DNA of 64,000 nucleotides from Flavobacterium sp. (GTDB lineage Bacteria; Bacteroidota; Bacteroidia; Flavobacteriales; Flavobacteriaceae): NCBI GenBank assembly GCA_039931915.1, contig JBDTRA010000005.1, positions 16,365 to 80,364 of the forward strand, read 5' to 3'. Shown piece by piece: positions 8,701 to 15,763 of this stretch (position 1 is its first letter; each line of letters starts with the position of its first letter). The notes under the pieces were generated by a model. It saw only the letters and a program-made list of their open reading frames with translations, ran no database searches and was not told where the DNA came from. The position numbers and the translations under genes were made by a program.

Positions 8701-11418
8701 ACAAATACGCAGACGACAGTAAGCACAGTTGCTTATGAATCAAAAACCTCACCTTATATTGTCGGGAGGCCCCTAAGCAATGAGCAAAGTATATCCGTAA
8801 CCGGAAGTACTATGACCAGCAAAGAAACCTATACCTACAATACAAAGGAACTTCTTTCTAAAATTGAAAGAAAAGGAAACGGATCCGGTGTCATAACTGA
8901 GGATAATGAATATGATGATTTTGGGAATATTACTAAAAAAACCATCACCGCACCAAATCTTACAGCGCGCGAGACTAAATATGAGTATGAGTCTACCGGT
9001 AGATTTCTAACTAAAATCACTGATCCTGAAACACTTGTTACAACTTTTATAAACAATCCGAATGGTACTTTAAAATCGGAGACAAATCCTTATTTGTTGA
9101 CTACATCCTACACCTACGATCCGTGGTTTAAAAAACTAACGGTGAAGGATGATAATCTGGATAAAACCATCACCTATACGTACAGCAAAAATATTGAAAA
9201 AACAATTATCACAACCACGACAGATGTCCTTGATGGCAGTGAAAGTGAAGAAATATATGATGATTTAGGGAGAAAAATAAAATCAGGAGGAAAAGATCTT
9301 AATGGTGACTTCTCTTACGTGTCGTATTTATATGATATTTATGACAGGAATTATAAGGTAAGTGAACCTTATTTTGGATCAGACCCAACACAATGGAATG
9401 AAACCAAATTTGATATATACAGCAGGCCAACAGAAAATATTTCGTTTAATACCAGATCTGTTACTAATGAGTATACCGCCAATAGTCTGACTTCTAAATT
9501 TACGGATGGGCAGAAAACGAAAACCGCCCAGAAAAATGCAATGGGGAATGTAGTTTCTATGGATGAAACTACAGGTGGAACTATCAACTACTCTTATTTC
9601 GCTAATGGAAATTTAAAACAAATCGATTACAATAATGTCAAAATAGATATTGAACAAGATGAGTGGGGGCACAAAAGTAAAGTAACAGATCCGTCAGCCG
9701 GTGTTTTTACTTATAAAACCAATGCCTTAGGAGAACTTACCGAAGAAACCAGCCAAAATGGAACGGTAACAACAACCATTACCCGTGACGATACTGGCAA
9801 ACCGACTAAAAAAACGGTACAGGGAGCAGGTACTGATACCGAGACCATTTATAATTATGACAGTACAACCAAACAGCTGACCAGTACTGTTTTTACAGAC
9901 AATAATGAGCCTGTTGGCAGTAATAAAATTACCACAACCTATACTTATGATGCTACATTTAAAAGAATTCTCAGCATAATCGAGGACAAACCAAATGCTT
10001 ATAAATTCACAAGAACCATTGATAGCTATGATGGATTTGGAAGAATTGAAACAGAAACCAAAAAAGCGGAATCAGGCGGAAAAGTCAGTACCATAACGAC
10101 TACCAATGTTTATAAAAATGGTGACCTGCACCAAATTAAGGACAGTACAGGTAAAGTATTGTGGCAAACGAACACATTAAATGCAAAAGGACAAATATTG
10201 GAAAGTATTCTTGGAAATGGTATAACAATGACCAACGAATATGATACTAATGGCTATTTATCAAAAATAAAACATGATAAAACCACCACACCAATAAACA
10301 ATATCATGACGCTTACCACTGGGTTTGATTATAAAACCGATAATTTGGACAGTCGTGTTAATAGTGCTTTTGCGAATTATACGGAAACATTTAAATATGA
10401 TGAACTAAACAGATTAAAGAAGTTTACCAATAAACTTGGAGTTGAGGAGACACAAAACTACGAAGCATCAGGTAAAATTAAGGACAATAATCTGGGAACA
10501 TATAATTATGATGCTGTAAAGCCCTACCAAAACAATTGGATTACTCTTACTCCCGACGCTATAGAATATTATGCCAATAGAGGAGATCTTTTTAATGACA
10601 GTATGGAAGACAGCACCGGCTGGGGAGCATCAAGATACCCCGGTACTGTTTTCTATAGTTATGATGATACAAAAACACCTCACGGTCAGGGAAAAAACAC
10701 CCTTAAATTAGCTAATACTACTGCAACTGAACAATATGTTCATTCTGATAAATGGATTGCTATTGATAATGAAGAACCTACCGAATACACTTTTTCTGCA
10801 TGGGTGTACTCTGATAATCCACAAGCAGAGATGTTTTTATTTATGAGGACACCTGAAGAAACCGGATATTTCACCTTAATAAGCAATGTTGTTACAAATG
10901 ACACAAACCAGTGGAAAAAAATCGAAGGAACTTATCTCGTTCCGGCAAACATAAAAAAATTAAATATCCGTTTAGATAATAACGGAACAGGCAATATCTG
11001 GTTTGACGATGTGCAGATTCGCAAAACCAGCATTACAGCCAAAAAATTAGATATTACGTATAATGCTTCTAAAAGCCCAATACAAATTGAAGAGACCGGA
11101 GTAGACAAAATAAGTTTTACTTATAATGACGATAACCAGCGCAGCACCATGTATTATGGCAATTTGGATGCTAAAGAACAGCGACCACTGCAAAAACATT
11201 ATTCTGCAGATGGCAGTATGGAAATTAAACAGAATACCGCTACTGGTGCTTTTGAATTTATTACTTATATTGGTGGTGACGGATATAGTGCACCGATTGC
11301 CGTAAAAAGCGATGGTGTAAATTCTTCACAATATTTATATTTGCATCGTGATTATCAGGGAACTATTTTAGCTATAACAGATGCGAATGCAGCTTGTGCT
11401 GGAAAAAAGATTGTTTGA
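5710..11418 (+). CDS. Rhs/Tc-like polymorphic toxin, main body (signal peptide, SpvB-like, FG-GAP, YD-repeat shell); reading frame breaks at its 3' end
   Basis: Signal peptide MKQFYITLFFLSLSLFASAQ. SpvB-type motif ISLDYDSQGTDGLAGFRWNIAGVSTITR. Five FG-GAP/VCBS loops (GDFDDDGKMDF, GDFNGDGLTDV, ADFNGDGKSDF, GDYNGDNKADF, SDYNNDGKTDL). Many YD repeats (YTYD, YEYESTGRF, YDDLGR, YFANGNL). It ends ..YLHRDYQGTILAITDANAACAGKKIV*, where Rhs cores normally continue. Confidence 0.9.
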   Translation: MKQFYITLFFLSLSLFASAQKNEGTPVKNITIIKRADNSSETEKAISTSKSASTARSLTTATTTPTGTSTEVGITSGDLTVSLNGSANYSIPIAVPPGINGAEPQISLDYDSQGTDGLAGFRWNIAGVSTITRIQSTKFHDGTIKAINGSVTDRFAIDGQRLILKNGGTYGANGSVYETENFSNIKVTSYIGTYGQLWFKVEYPDGSVALYGTINNSSSKSVWGITSWQNPQGVTINYDYNLINNDLTINTIKYGSLGNNPTIHEIQFVYIARNRVEQSFIAGESVTRNKILSKIKVLGNGAGFRNYALNYDQTFSQRLISITETSGDGTKSYNPTIFDYGIANNSAAISYLPVPTTLDVGNIDSRNAATVTGDFDDDGKMDFLLYPTTGPDAKKKYWLYTDIASGVNQSTPHNVGAFEDIFSTKWLSWNNKVMPQGWTVVTKSMANATSPTDYKFTVYSSGITYPIYEQYSKVVQFPADMVNSTCWFDNSCSKTTTSKVFDKKIISGDFNGDGLTDVIIINKNTIKETCQKRTITSSICDQITETVTSKKVYFIDLKRDLTTNYFFEAGELAANLTAYSKVEVADFNGDGKSDFFVFDNGSVRIYTLSDTNTLVLLYTITGDAAISVTKPILIGDYNGDNKADFVIPSDYNNALWYKYTSTGNILIKEGRIFKPTLNPNTSYDTYDFIASDYNNDGKTDLIYIQSSRNAQNTLGRVNVGCYGNTNGDITDTATWANSGYVADVNIYALPIYLPQSNKNLYNSVNQLSSTLEVAFVNKNKLHFFSSLYDMTKANLLTKITTGNGVQEGIDYVSLDSNNRDDYSYSSIYSPSNGIANYPNNDISINPNYFVVSKLEKQSKDVFKRKLFNYYGAVFNHQGLGFLGFRSVSQTNWHDDSVPIFTNVVKNDIDLRGASTESFTVPNMYYPDNGPAPSNFVSKSITTYNTSVDALQSNKVFKLKTTNAKQFNALENTNTETKSIVYDANNNVTSSANVVSDGTNTQTTVSTVAYESKTSPYIVGRPLSNEQSISVTGSTMTSKETYTYNTKELLSKIERKGNGSGVITEDNEYDDFGNITKKTITAPNLTARETKYEYESTGRFLTKITDPETLVTTFINNPNGTLKSETNPYLLTTSYTYDPWFKKLTVKDDNLDKTITYTYSKNIEKTIITTTTDVLDGSESEEIYDDLGRKIKSGGKDLNGDFSYVSYLYDIYDRNYKVSEPYFGSDPTQWNETKFDIYSRPTENISFNTRSVTNEYTANSLTSKFTDGQKTKTAQKNAMGNVVSMDETTGGTINYSYFANGNLKQIDYNNVKIDIEQDEWGHKSKVTDPSAGVFTYKTNALGELTEETSQNGTVTTTITRDDTGKPTKKTVQGAGTDTETIYNYDSTTKQLTSTVFTDNNEPVGSNKITTTYTYDATFKRILSIIEDKPNAYKFTRTIDSYDGFGRIETETKKAESGGKVSTITTTNVYKNGDLHQIKDSTGKVLWQTNTLNAKGQILESILGNGITMTNEYDTNGYLSKIKHDKTTTPINNIMTLTTGFDYKTDNLDSRVNSAFANYTETFKYDELNRLKKFTNKLGVEETQNYEASGKIKDNNLGTYNYDAVKPYQNNWITLTPDAIEYYANRGDLFNDSMEDSTGWGASRYPGTVFYSYDDTKTPHGQGKNTLKLANTTATEQYVHSDKWIAIDNEEPTEYTFSAWVYSDNPQAEMFLFMRTPEETGYFTLISNVVTNDTNQWKKIEGTYLVPANIKKLNIRLDNNGTGNIWFDDVQIRKTSITAKKLDITYNASKSPIQIEETGVDKISFTYNDDNQRSTMYYGNLDAKEQRPLQKHYSADGSMEIKQNTATGAFEFITYIGGDGYSAPIAVKSDGVNSSQYLYLHRDYQGTILAITDANAACAGKKIV

Positions 11419-12406
11419 TGCCTGGGGAAGCCTGATTAAAGTACAGGACGGAGCAGGTAATACACTGGCAGGGTTGACAGTATTGGATCGTGGATATACG
11501 GGTCACGAACATTTGCAGAGTGTAAGTCTGATTAACATGAACGCAAGGCTGTATGACCCGATGCTTCATCGATTTTTAGGCATAGACAATTATATTCAGG
11601 ATCCTACTAATACCCAGAATTTTAATAATTATGGGTATGTGATGAACAACCCGTTATCAAATACTGACATTAGTGGGAATATTTGCGAAGGATGTGGAGG
11701 AATAAATGTAGGCCCTGGTGAAAATGGTACATCTACAGATTTAAAACAATTTGGTAAAGATACAGGTATAGACAAATGGATGGGAAAGAACCTAAACTTC
11801 AATAGTTGGAGCAGAAGTTTTAAGAAAATTTTCGGAGGAAGACATAGAGGAAATTCAGGGCCGCCTCCAAATGTGAGTAAGTATGTGAATTTGAATAAGG
11901 GTAATTTTTCAGGAGGTTCTTCATCAACAAACAGTATTCCCTCAACTTCCAATTTGCAAAATAACAATGACGTCATGAATTGGTTTAGCAAAGAAAGTGG
12001 TCCTTTATGGGATGTAGCAAACGATGCAGTAAATACAAAAGGTGTAGTTAAAATTTATACTCATGGTGGTAGTACTGGAATTGTTGGACCAGATACAAAT
12101 TGGATTAAAACTGCTGAAGATCTAAATATAGTTTTAATGAGAGGAAGTCCTTCTTGGAGAAATTTCAGAAAAAATGGCGGAAAATTAACATTAGTATTAA
12201 AAGCTTGTGGCACAGGAGCAAATGTAAATGATGGATTTGCAAAATTAATATCAAAATCATTCGAGGGCCTAAATGTAATCGGACCAACTAAATATTTCCA
12301 AGCAGAATCTTTTCTATGGTATAGTTGGGATAATGGAGTTAAGGATGGAGGAACTTGGAATCTGTATTACAATGGAGAATTAATTAATAGATTTAAAGGA
12401 AAATAA
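11381..12406 (+). CDS. C-terminal continuation of the Rhs protein in the +1 frame: Rhs core end plus variable toxin tail
   Basis: The frame is open from 11378. It reads LVLEKRLFDAWGSLIKVQDG..RGYTGHEHL..ARLYDPMLHRFLGIDNYIQDP..YVMNNPLSNTDISGN, which is the RHS-repeat-associated core end. A linker and a 175-aa tail of unrecognised family follow. Confidence 0.85.
   Translation: MRMQLVLEKRLFDAWGSLIKVQDGAGNTLAGLTVLDRGYTGHEHLQSVSLINMNARLYDPMLHRFLGIDNYIQDPTNTQNFNNYGYVMNNPLSNTDISGNICEGCGGINVGPGENGTSTDLKQFGKDTGIDKWMGKNLNFNSWSRSFKKIFGGRHRGNSGPPPNVSKYVNLNKGNFSGGSSSTNSIPSTSNLQNNNDVMNWFSKESGPLWDVANDAVNTKGVVKIYTHGGSTGIVGPDTNWIKTAEDLNIVLMRGSPSWRNFRKNGGKLTLVLKACGTGANVNDGFAKLISKSFEGLNVIGPTKYFQAESFLWYSWDNGVKDGGTWNLYYNGELINRFKGK
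11412..11885 (+). repeat. direct repeat copy 1 (Rhs core end plus pre-toxin linker) shared with the orphan cassette
   Basis: Near-identical by eye to 13010-13472, from tttgatgcctgggg through ccgcctcc(a/t)aatgtgagtaagtatg. There are a few substitutions and one 9-nt indel (RHRGNSGPPP vs RSSGPPP). Confidence 0.9.
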
Positions 12407-12410
12407 AAAA

Positions 12411-12878
12411 ATGAGTAAGCTAACAATAATACTATTACTTCTTTTAATCAGTTGTATTAAAACTGTAGATGGAGACTTATCGAAAGAAGAATTAATTGAC
12501 TTAAAACAGAACATATTTTATCATGGAGATAAATATTCATTTTCGAGATTAATTGCATACTATAGTGATAGAGACAATTATTACGAATTATTACCATATT
12601 CTTTTATAATGGCAGATAAATATAAAAATGGTGATGGATATTTTCAGGTCTATTATGATTTAATTAAAATTAATAACAATGGAAGATATGCAACAAATCT
12701 AATAGTTAACTTGAATCAAGACAATATAGAGTTTGTGCTTTCAAATTTAGAAAAAGGAGCCAAATTAAATGACACTGATTGCAAAGTTTTTTTAGCAAAA
12801 CATTATAAGAATGGATTTGGAATAATTAAAAACGAAAAAATAGCAGATAGCTTGATGAATAGTATAGAGTATAATTAA
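12411..12878 (+). CDS. candidate cognate immunity lipoprotein (Sel1/TPR-like)
   Basis: It begins 5 nt after the toxin stop. Lipobox LLLISC. GAKLNDTDCKVFLAKHYKNGFGIIKNEKIADSL resembles a Sel1 repeat. The call rests on position and size. Confidence 0.55.
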   Translation: MSKLTIILLLLLISCIKTVDGDLSKEELIDLKQNIFYHGDKYSFSRLIAYYSDRDNYYELLPYSFIMADKYKNGDGYFQVYYDLIKINNNGRYATNLIVNLNQDNIEFVLSNLEKGAKLNDTDCKVFLAKHYKNGFGIIKNEKIADSLMNSIEYN

Positions 12879-13009
12879 CCATAGTGTAAAAGAGAGATAC
12901 TATGTCTTTAACAAAATGTCTTGTCCTGAAATTGGTTTACACAAAATGTAAAAATATGGAAAGATGCTCAAAAACATTCTCCTAATTGGTTAAAAAATAA
13001 TAGATTTAA

Positions 13010-13472
13010 TTTGATGCCTGGGGAAGCCTGATTAAAGTACAGGACGGAGCAGGTAATACACTGGCAGGGTTGACAGTATTGGATCGTGGATATACGGGTC
13101 ACGAACATTTGCAGAGTGTAAGTCTGATTAACATGAACGCAAGGCTGTATGACCCGATGCTTCATCGATTTTTAGGCATAGACAATTATATTCAGGATCC
13201 TACTAATACCCAGAATTTTAATAATTATGGGTATGTGATGAACAACCCGTTATCAAATACTGACATTAGTGGGAATATTTGCGAAGGATGTGGAGGAATA
13301 AATGTAGGCCCTGGTGAAAATGGTACATCTACAGATTTAAAACAATTTGGTAAAGATACAGGTGTAGATAAATGGATGAGAAAGAACTTAAACTTCAATA
13401 ATTGGGGTAAAGGTTTAAGGAAAATTTTCGGAGGCAGAAGTTCTGGGCCGCCTCCTAATGTGAGTAAGTATG
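13010..13472 (+). repeat. direct repeat copy 2 (see 11412-11885)
   Basis: Identity starts immediately after an in-frame TAA (13007-13009), so the orphan has no upstream coding continuation. Confidence 0.9.
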
Positions 13473-14059
13473 GTAACATACAAATGCCAACCCAGCATAG
13501 CAGTAATGGCTTTAACTGGACTTTTTTATCTGAAGGAAAACCTGTTTCGAGATTTATTTATGAGTTTTTTAATGGATTTCATACTACTGGTCAATTTTTT
13601 ATAGGCAGAGGCGTTGGCGATTATAGTATGCGTAACTTAAACGGCTCAGCGACAAATACAGATGAAGCAGTTTGGGGACTGGTTGGAGCGGTCTCAGCTG
13701 TAACTTCGATTGGTGAATTCAAAGCAGCTATGTCTGAGATTAAAGCGGCTAAAGGAGAAAGTGAACTACTGTCGTCATTGAATCCTACGCATTATATTAA
13801 TAAATCAGAAAATGCCATGAAAAGATTTGTCAATGGTGTTAAAGCTGATGGAGCAATTAATGAAAGTATAATGTATGTTGAGAATAACGGTTCAAAGTTT
13901 ATAGTAGATGGTCATCATAGATATTTTGCAGCACAAAAGCTTGGTATTCAAAATGTCCCAGTTCGACAAGTGAAATTACCTTTTAATGGATACCAAACCC
14001 CATTAGATTTAATTTTGTCAGGGAAACAACCAGGGTGGTGGAAATTTTATAAACCCTAA
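13070..14059 (+). CDS. orphan Rhs C-terminal cassette carrying a ParB/Srx-fold nuclease-like toxin domain
   Basis: The frame is open from 13010 (FDAWGSLIKV..) and the first ATG is at 13070. It shares the Rhs core end and linker with the main gene. The tail differs and contains FIVDGHHRYFAAQKLGIQNVPV (DGHHR at 13907-13921), the ParB-like nuclease motif. Confidence 0.75.
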   Translation: MTVLDRGYTGHEHLQSVSLINMNARLYDPMLHRFLGIDNYIQDPTNTQNFNNYGYVMNNPLSNTDISGNICEGCGGINVGPGENGTSTDLKQFGKDTGVDKWMRKNLNFNNWGKGLRKIFGGRSSGPPPNVSKYGNIQMPTQHSSNGFNWTFLSEGKPVSRFIYEFFNGFHTTGQFFIGRGVGDYSMRNLNGSATNTDEAVWGLVGAVSAVTSIGEFKAAMSEIKAAKGESELLSSLNPTHYINKSENAMKRFVNGVKADGAINESIMYVENNGSKFIVDGHHRYFAAQKLGIQNVPVRQVKLPFNGYQTPLDLILSGKQPGWWKFYKP

Positions 14060-14072
14060 TTATTTTATCATT

Positions 14073-14519
14073 ATGGCAATTTGGCAAGTTGGTTTTTTTA
14101 TTCTACCTAAAGAAAGCGTTGAATCTATTGATTCATTTAGAATTTCTAATGAACATACTTTTGATGATGCACCGTACTGGAAAAATAAATGTACAAGTCC
14201 TGTGTTTTTTAAGGAGATTGATTTTTTTCTACCACAAACTAAATCTTGGGCGGAGTATTTAACAATGTACGGAAATGAAAACTCTAATAGATTCGAAATT
14301 ATTTCAGAAAATGGTCTCGTAGAATCTGTTTCTTTCAGAATAGATTTTACAAGTGATTATAAAAAAATATTAGATAAAATCATAAAATTTTGTGTACTAA
14401 ATGAATTTGTAATTTTAGATGAAAAACTAAATCTTGTTCCACTAAATTTTGAATTAGCAAATAGTTTAATAAAAAACTCACCCCAAGTTAAAAAGTATAA
14501 TGATTTATTAAATAACTAA
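14073..14519 (+). CDS. candidate immunity protein for the ParB-like toxin (cytoplasmic, no signal peptide)
   Basis: 148-aa ORF starting 14 nt after the toxin stop on the same strand. No recognisable motif. Called by context only. Confidence 0.45.
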   Translation: MAIWQVGFFILPKESVESIDSFRISNEHTFDDAPYWKNKCTSPVFFKEIDFFLPQTKSWAEYLTMYGNENSNRFEIISENGLVESVSFRIDFTSDYKKILDKIIKFCVLNEFVILDEKLNLVPLNFELANSLIKNSPQVKKYNDLLNN

Positions 14520-14678
14520 AGTCCGTTCCCCCGCCGTCGCGAGCAAACAAAATCCCATGTAGAGCCAGGAGTTATGCAATTGGTACCCAAGTATCAACAT
14601 CCAAACATTCCTGGAGGAATTTTTTGGGAAACAATGCATCCTGGAGGTGTAGGCGGGTATTCAATTTGGGGTAAATAA
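14520..14678 (+). pseudogene. 5'-truncated relic of a WHH-type (HNH/EndoVII) nuclease toxin
   Basis: My translation ..KSHVEPGVMQLVPKYQHPNIPGGIFWETMHPGGVGGYSIWGK* aligns with the C-terminal half of the 15496-15738 ORF (WHHSTEPGVMQLVPQAQHTNGSIFWNTLHPRGRGG). There is no start codon and no N-terminal half. Confidence 0.65.
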
Positions 14679-14689
14679 AAAATAAAAAT

Positions 14690-15016
14690 ATGAAACTTAT
14701 AGAATTAGTCAAGTACTTTAGAACAGATGGAATCTACGAAGAATTTTGTCAGTCTCAATCATTAAATATAGATTCTGAGATTGTTGAAATATATATGGAA
14801 AAACCTTTTTGTATAAATAATGATTTAGCTTTTTTTGAGATAGAAAATACAGAAGGTAAAATCGAATATAATTTTAATGAGGTGAAGTATTTTAATCTTT
14901 TTGACTTTTATTATTTTCTTGATGCAATTGAGGAATCTAAGAATAATGAAAATAGGTCTTTAACAGACGAAGAAATAGCCAAGCGGTTATATGATTATGC
15001 TATTAAAGATGCATAA
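14690..15016 (+). CDS. candidate immunity protein (paralog of 15764-16126)
   Basis: MKLIELVKYF..SLNIDSEIVEIYME..FFEIENTEG..LTDEEIAKRLYDYAIKDA is collinear with MKLIELIKYL..GLNIESEVLLIYME..ILEIEETED..YSDLEIAERLLEYRKNDA. It follows a WHH toxin relic. Confidence 0.55.
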   Translation: MKLIELVKYFRTDGIYEEFCQSQSLNIDSEIVEIYMEKPFCINNDLAFFEIENTEGKIEYNFNEVKYFNLFDFYYFLDAIEESKNNENRSLTDEEIAKRLYDYAIKDA

Positions 15017-15042
15017 ATTGTAATTGTCGCTAAGTAAATATT

Positions 15043-15325
15043 CCCGACAGCTCGGATATGCGCAAAGATAGCGCGGAAATTCTTTCCGTGCCCACAACAG
15101 TTAGGCCTCGAAATTAAAACTATATATGTTTATAGATTTTTTTTGTAAGTACTGATTGCAAAATCATGTCTGGCTGACGTGAGCTTATTGTGTGACTTCT
15201 CCTAGTCGAAGTGACAAAAACGAGTCGCCAGAAATCCTCAGTATCTTTTTTGTTTATCACATTGTGCGAAGTCGAAATGCTTGCGGGTTCTCGACTCCGC
15301 TCGAACTGACAAAAAAAATAAAGCA
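15043..15325 (+). repeat. ~283-bp composite repeat, copy A (full length)
   Basis: cccgacagctcggatatgcgcaaagatagcgcggaaattctttccgtgcccacaacagttagg ... gcgaagtcgaaatgcttgcgggttctcgactccgctcgaactgacaaaaaaaataaagc. Near-identical to 17431-17712. Its first ~125 bp also occur at 16144-16267. Confidence 0.9.
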
Positions 15326-15495
15326 CTGCTCTCGTAGAACTTAAAGGATTATTGTCTACGCTTAAAACATCCGTATCAGTGGCAACTGGTGAGTTCTATT
15401 CAGTTGCATTTTAAGCCAAGATATCAAGCGAATTATATCCAACTAAAGGTGTATCTACACATTTTAGGGCTGCTAATAATGCTTTAGCAGAAGCA

Positions 15496-15738
15496 ATGTC
15501 CTCCAATGTATCTTTTGCAAGCTCAATGGAAGATCTCAAAATTATTGTTCCTCGAACTAAAACAGGAATAGTAAGTCCGGGAAAAATTCCTAACTGGGTT
15601 TGGCATCATAGTACAGAACCTGGAGTAATGCAGTTGGTTCCGCAGGCGCAACATACAAATGGAAGTATTTTTTGGAATACTTTGCATCCTAGAGGTAGAG
15701 GTGGAATGTCTCTATGGGGTGGAGGGTATAGAAGATAG
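15496..15738 (+). CDS. orphan WHH-family (HNH/EndoVII-fold) nuclease toxin fragment
   Basis: IPNWVWHHSTEPGVMQLVPQAQHTNGSIFW is the WHH nuclease signature. The frame is open from 15415, but there is no Rhs-homologous 5' region. Confidence 0.65.
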   Translation: MSSNVSFASSMEDLKIIVPRTKTGIVSPGKIPNWVWHHSTEPGVMQLVPQAQHTNGSIFWNTLHPRGRGGMSLWGGGYRR

Positions 15739-15763
15739 TTTAACAAAAATAAATATAATTAAT

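Noticed and set aside
11403-11409. A AAA AAG heptamer in the zero frame of the Rhs gene just before its premature stop. It is identical to the classical dnaX-type -1 programmed-frameshift slippery site.
   Set aside because: A -1 shift here enters the third frame (GAT TGT TTG ATG CCT GGG GAA GCC TGA) and stops after 8 codons. The frame that continues the Rhs core is +1. So dnaX-like -1 recoding cannot rescue the gene. Only +1 or transcriptional slippage could, and that is kept as a low-probability alternative in the findings.
11372-11569. A 65-aa minus-strand ORF that recurs almost identically at 12968-13165.
   Set aside because: Both lie antisense within the duplicated Rhs core-end repeat. 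The duplication of the ORF is a by-product of the DNA repeat, and there is no independent coding evidence.
15093-15107. cacaacaGTTAGGCc inside the 283-bp repeat contains a perfect integron attC R' core (GTTRRRY). This raised the idea that the toxin/immunity cassettes are integron cassettes.
   Set aside because: No complementary R'' (RYYYAAC, e.g. GCCTAAC) lies at attC-compatible distance. There is no L'/L'' bulged-hairpin architecture and no intI gene or attI in the window. The cassettes are better explained by Rhs C-terminal module duplication.
15120-15326. A 68-aa minus-strand ORF, and the 61-aa ORF at 17274-17459 that runs into repeat copy C.
   Set aside because: They lie inside or across the non-coding composite repeat (REP-like hairpins), and their ends are set by repeat sequence. 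Nothing supports translation.
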